A program made the translations under genes and the position numbers. A stretch of 64,000 nucleotides of DNA from Chiloscyllium plagiosum (lineage: Eukaryota): assembly GCF_004010195.1 (NCBI RefSeq), contig NC_057718.1:25552670-25616669 (forward strand), in the 5' to 3' direction. This document shows, one piece after another, positions 63,235 to 64,000 of this stretch. Each line of letters opens with the position of its first letter. Positions within the stretch are counted from its first letter, which is position 1. The notes beneath the pieces are model-generated. The model was not told where the DNA came from. It worked only from the letters and a program-made list of their open reading frames with translations, and searched no databases.

Positions 63235-64000
63235 TTTTATTCAGGCATGGGATCTTGGTGTCCCTGGATAGGCCAACATTTATTGTTCCTCTTTAGCTGC
63301 CCTTGAGAAGGTGCCTTCTTGGCCCACTGCTGTCTATTGGGTTAGGTACTCGTGCAGTGCTGTTAGGGAGGGAGCTCCAAGATTTTGACTCAGTGATACA
63401 GAAGGAAGGGCGATATATTTCCAAGTCAGGATAGTGAATGTCTTGAAGGGGAACTTGCATGTGGTGATGTTTCCATGTATTTCCTGTTGTTGTCCTTGTA
63501 GACGGCAGTGGTCATGTGTGAATTTTTACACTACATCTTGGAGATGCTACTGAGTGTCGGTGGTGGAGAGAGTGAATATGGATGTGATATCAATCTAGCG
63601 GGCTGCTTTGTTCTGGATGGCACAAAGCTTCTTGAATGTTGTTGGAGCTGAGCTCATCAAAGCAAGTGGGAAGGGTTCCATCACAGTCCTGACTTATGCC
63701 AGTCTTGGGGAGTCAGGCATTGATTCATGGTATCTGACCTGGTCTTGCAGCCAAGTATTTATGGCCAGTCCAATTCTGTTTCTGGTCAGTGGTAAGCCCC
63801 AGAATTCAGTAATGGAAATGCCATTGGCTGTCAAGTGATGACAGTTAGAATCACTGTTATTGGAGATTGTCCTTGCCTTCTAATTGTTGGTGTGAATTTT
63901 GTGTACCACAACTCAGTCTAGACCTGGATATGGTCTAGGTGTTTCATCATTTGGACTGGACTCTTTCAGTATTTGAGGAGCCATGAATGATGCTGAACTT
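63235..64000 (-). mobile_element. Old non-LTR retrotransposon 3' part (a different CR1-group family); runs off the window edge
   Basis: Minus strand reads VRTVMEPFPLALMSSAPTTFKKLCAIQNKAAR*I. The 3' tail is related to the plus-strand remnant at ~27605-27680. Confidence 0.7.

Overview
Eukaryotic, vertebrate-type non-coding DNA, very likely from a shark. The inference rests on the repeats: HE1-like V-SINEs with (TAATC)n tails, HER1/CR1-type LINEs, DeuSINE-like and Penelope-like elements. From recall, the young SINE subfamily resembles that of carpet/bamboo sharks; this was not searched. I recognise no host protein-coding exon, rRNA, true tRNA gene or CRISPR array, so the window looks like a large intron or gene desert. 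Every ORF with recognisable similarity is a transposon fossil. Main contents: (1) a near full-length but decayed CR1 LINE (~51500-55985, minus) with a zinc-finger/coiled-coil/SGNH-esterase ORF1 and an APE-RT ORF2, carrying four internal duplications and a nested Penelope fragment; (2) about 20 truncated CR1 pieces; (3) nine HE1-like SINEs, one with a micro-inverted A-box; (4) Penelope-like RT and GIY-YIG fragments, plus four short Penelope terminal-repeat insertions, two of which are TSD-flanked fold-back hairpins built around a minimal hammerhead-ribozyme motif; (5) a solo LTR, a poly(A) retro-insertion with a 16-bp TSD, a probable Harbinger fossil and two minisatellites; (6) repeat-free islands with PBX-MEIS/TCF/HOX motifs that may be enhancers. 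I cannot support a wholly new biological system. The hammerhead-centred hairpin insertions are the most interesting lead. Repeat boundaries are approximate and family names come from motif recognition, not a database search.
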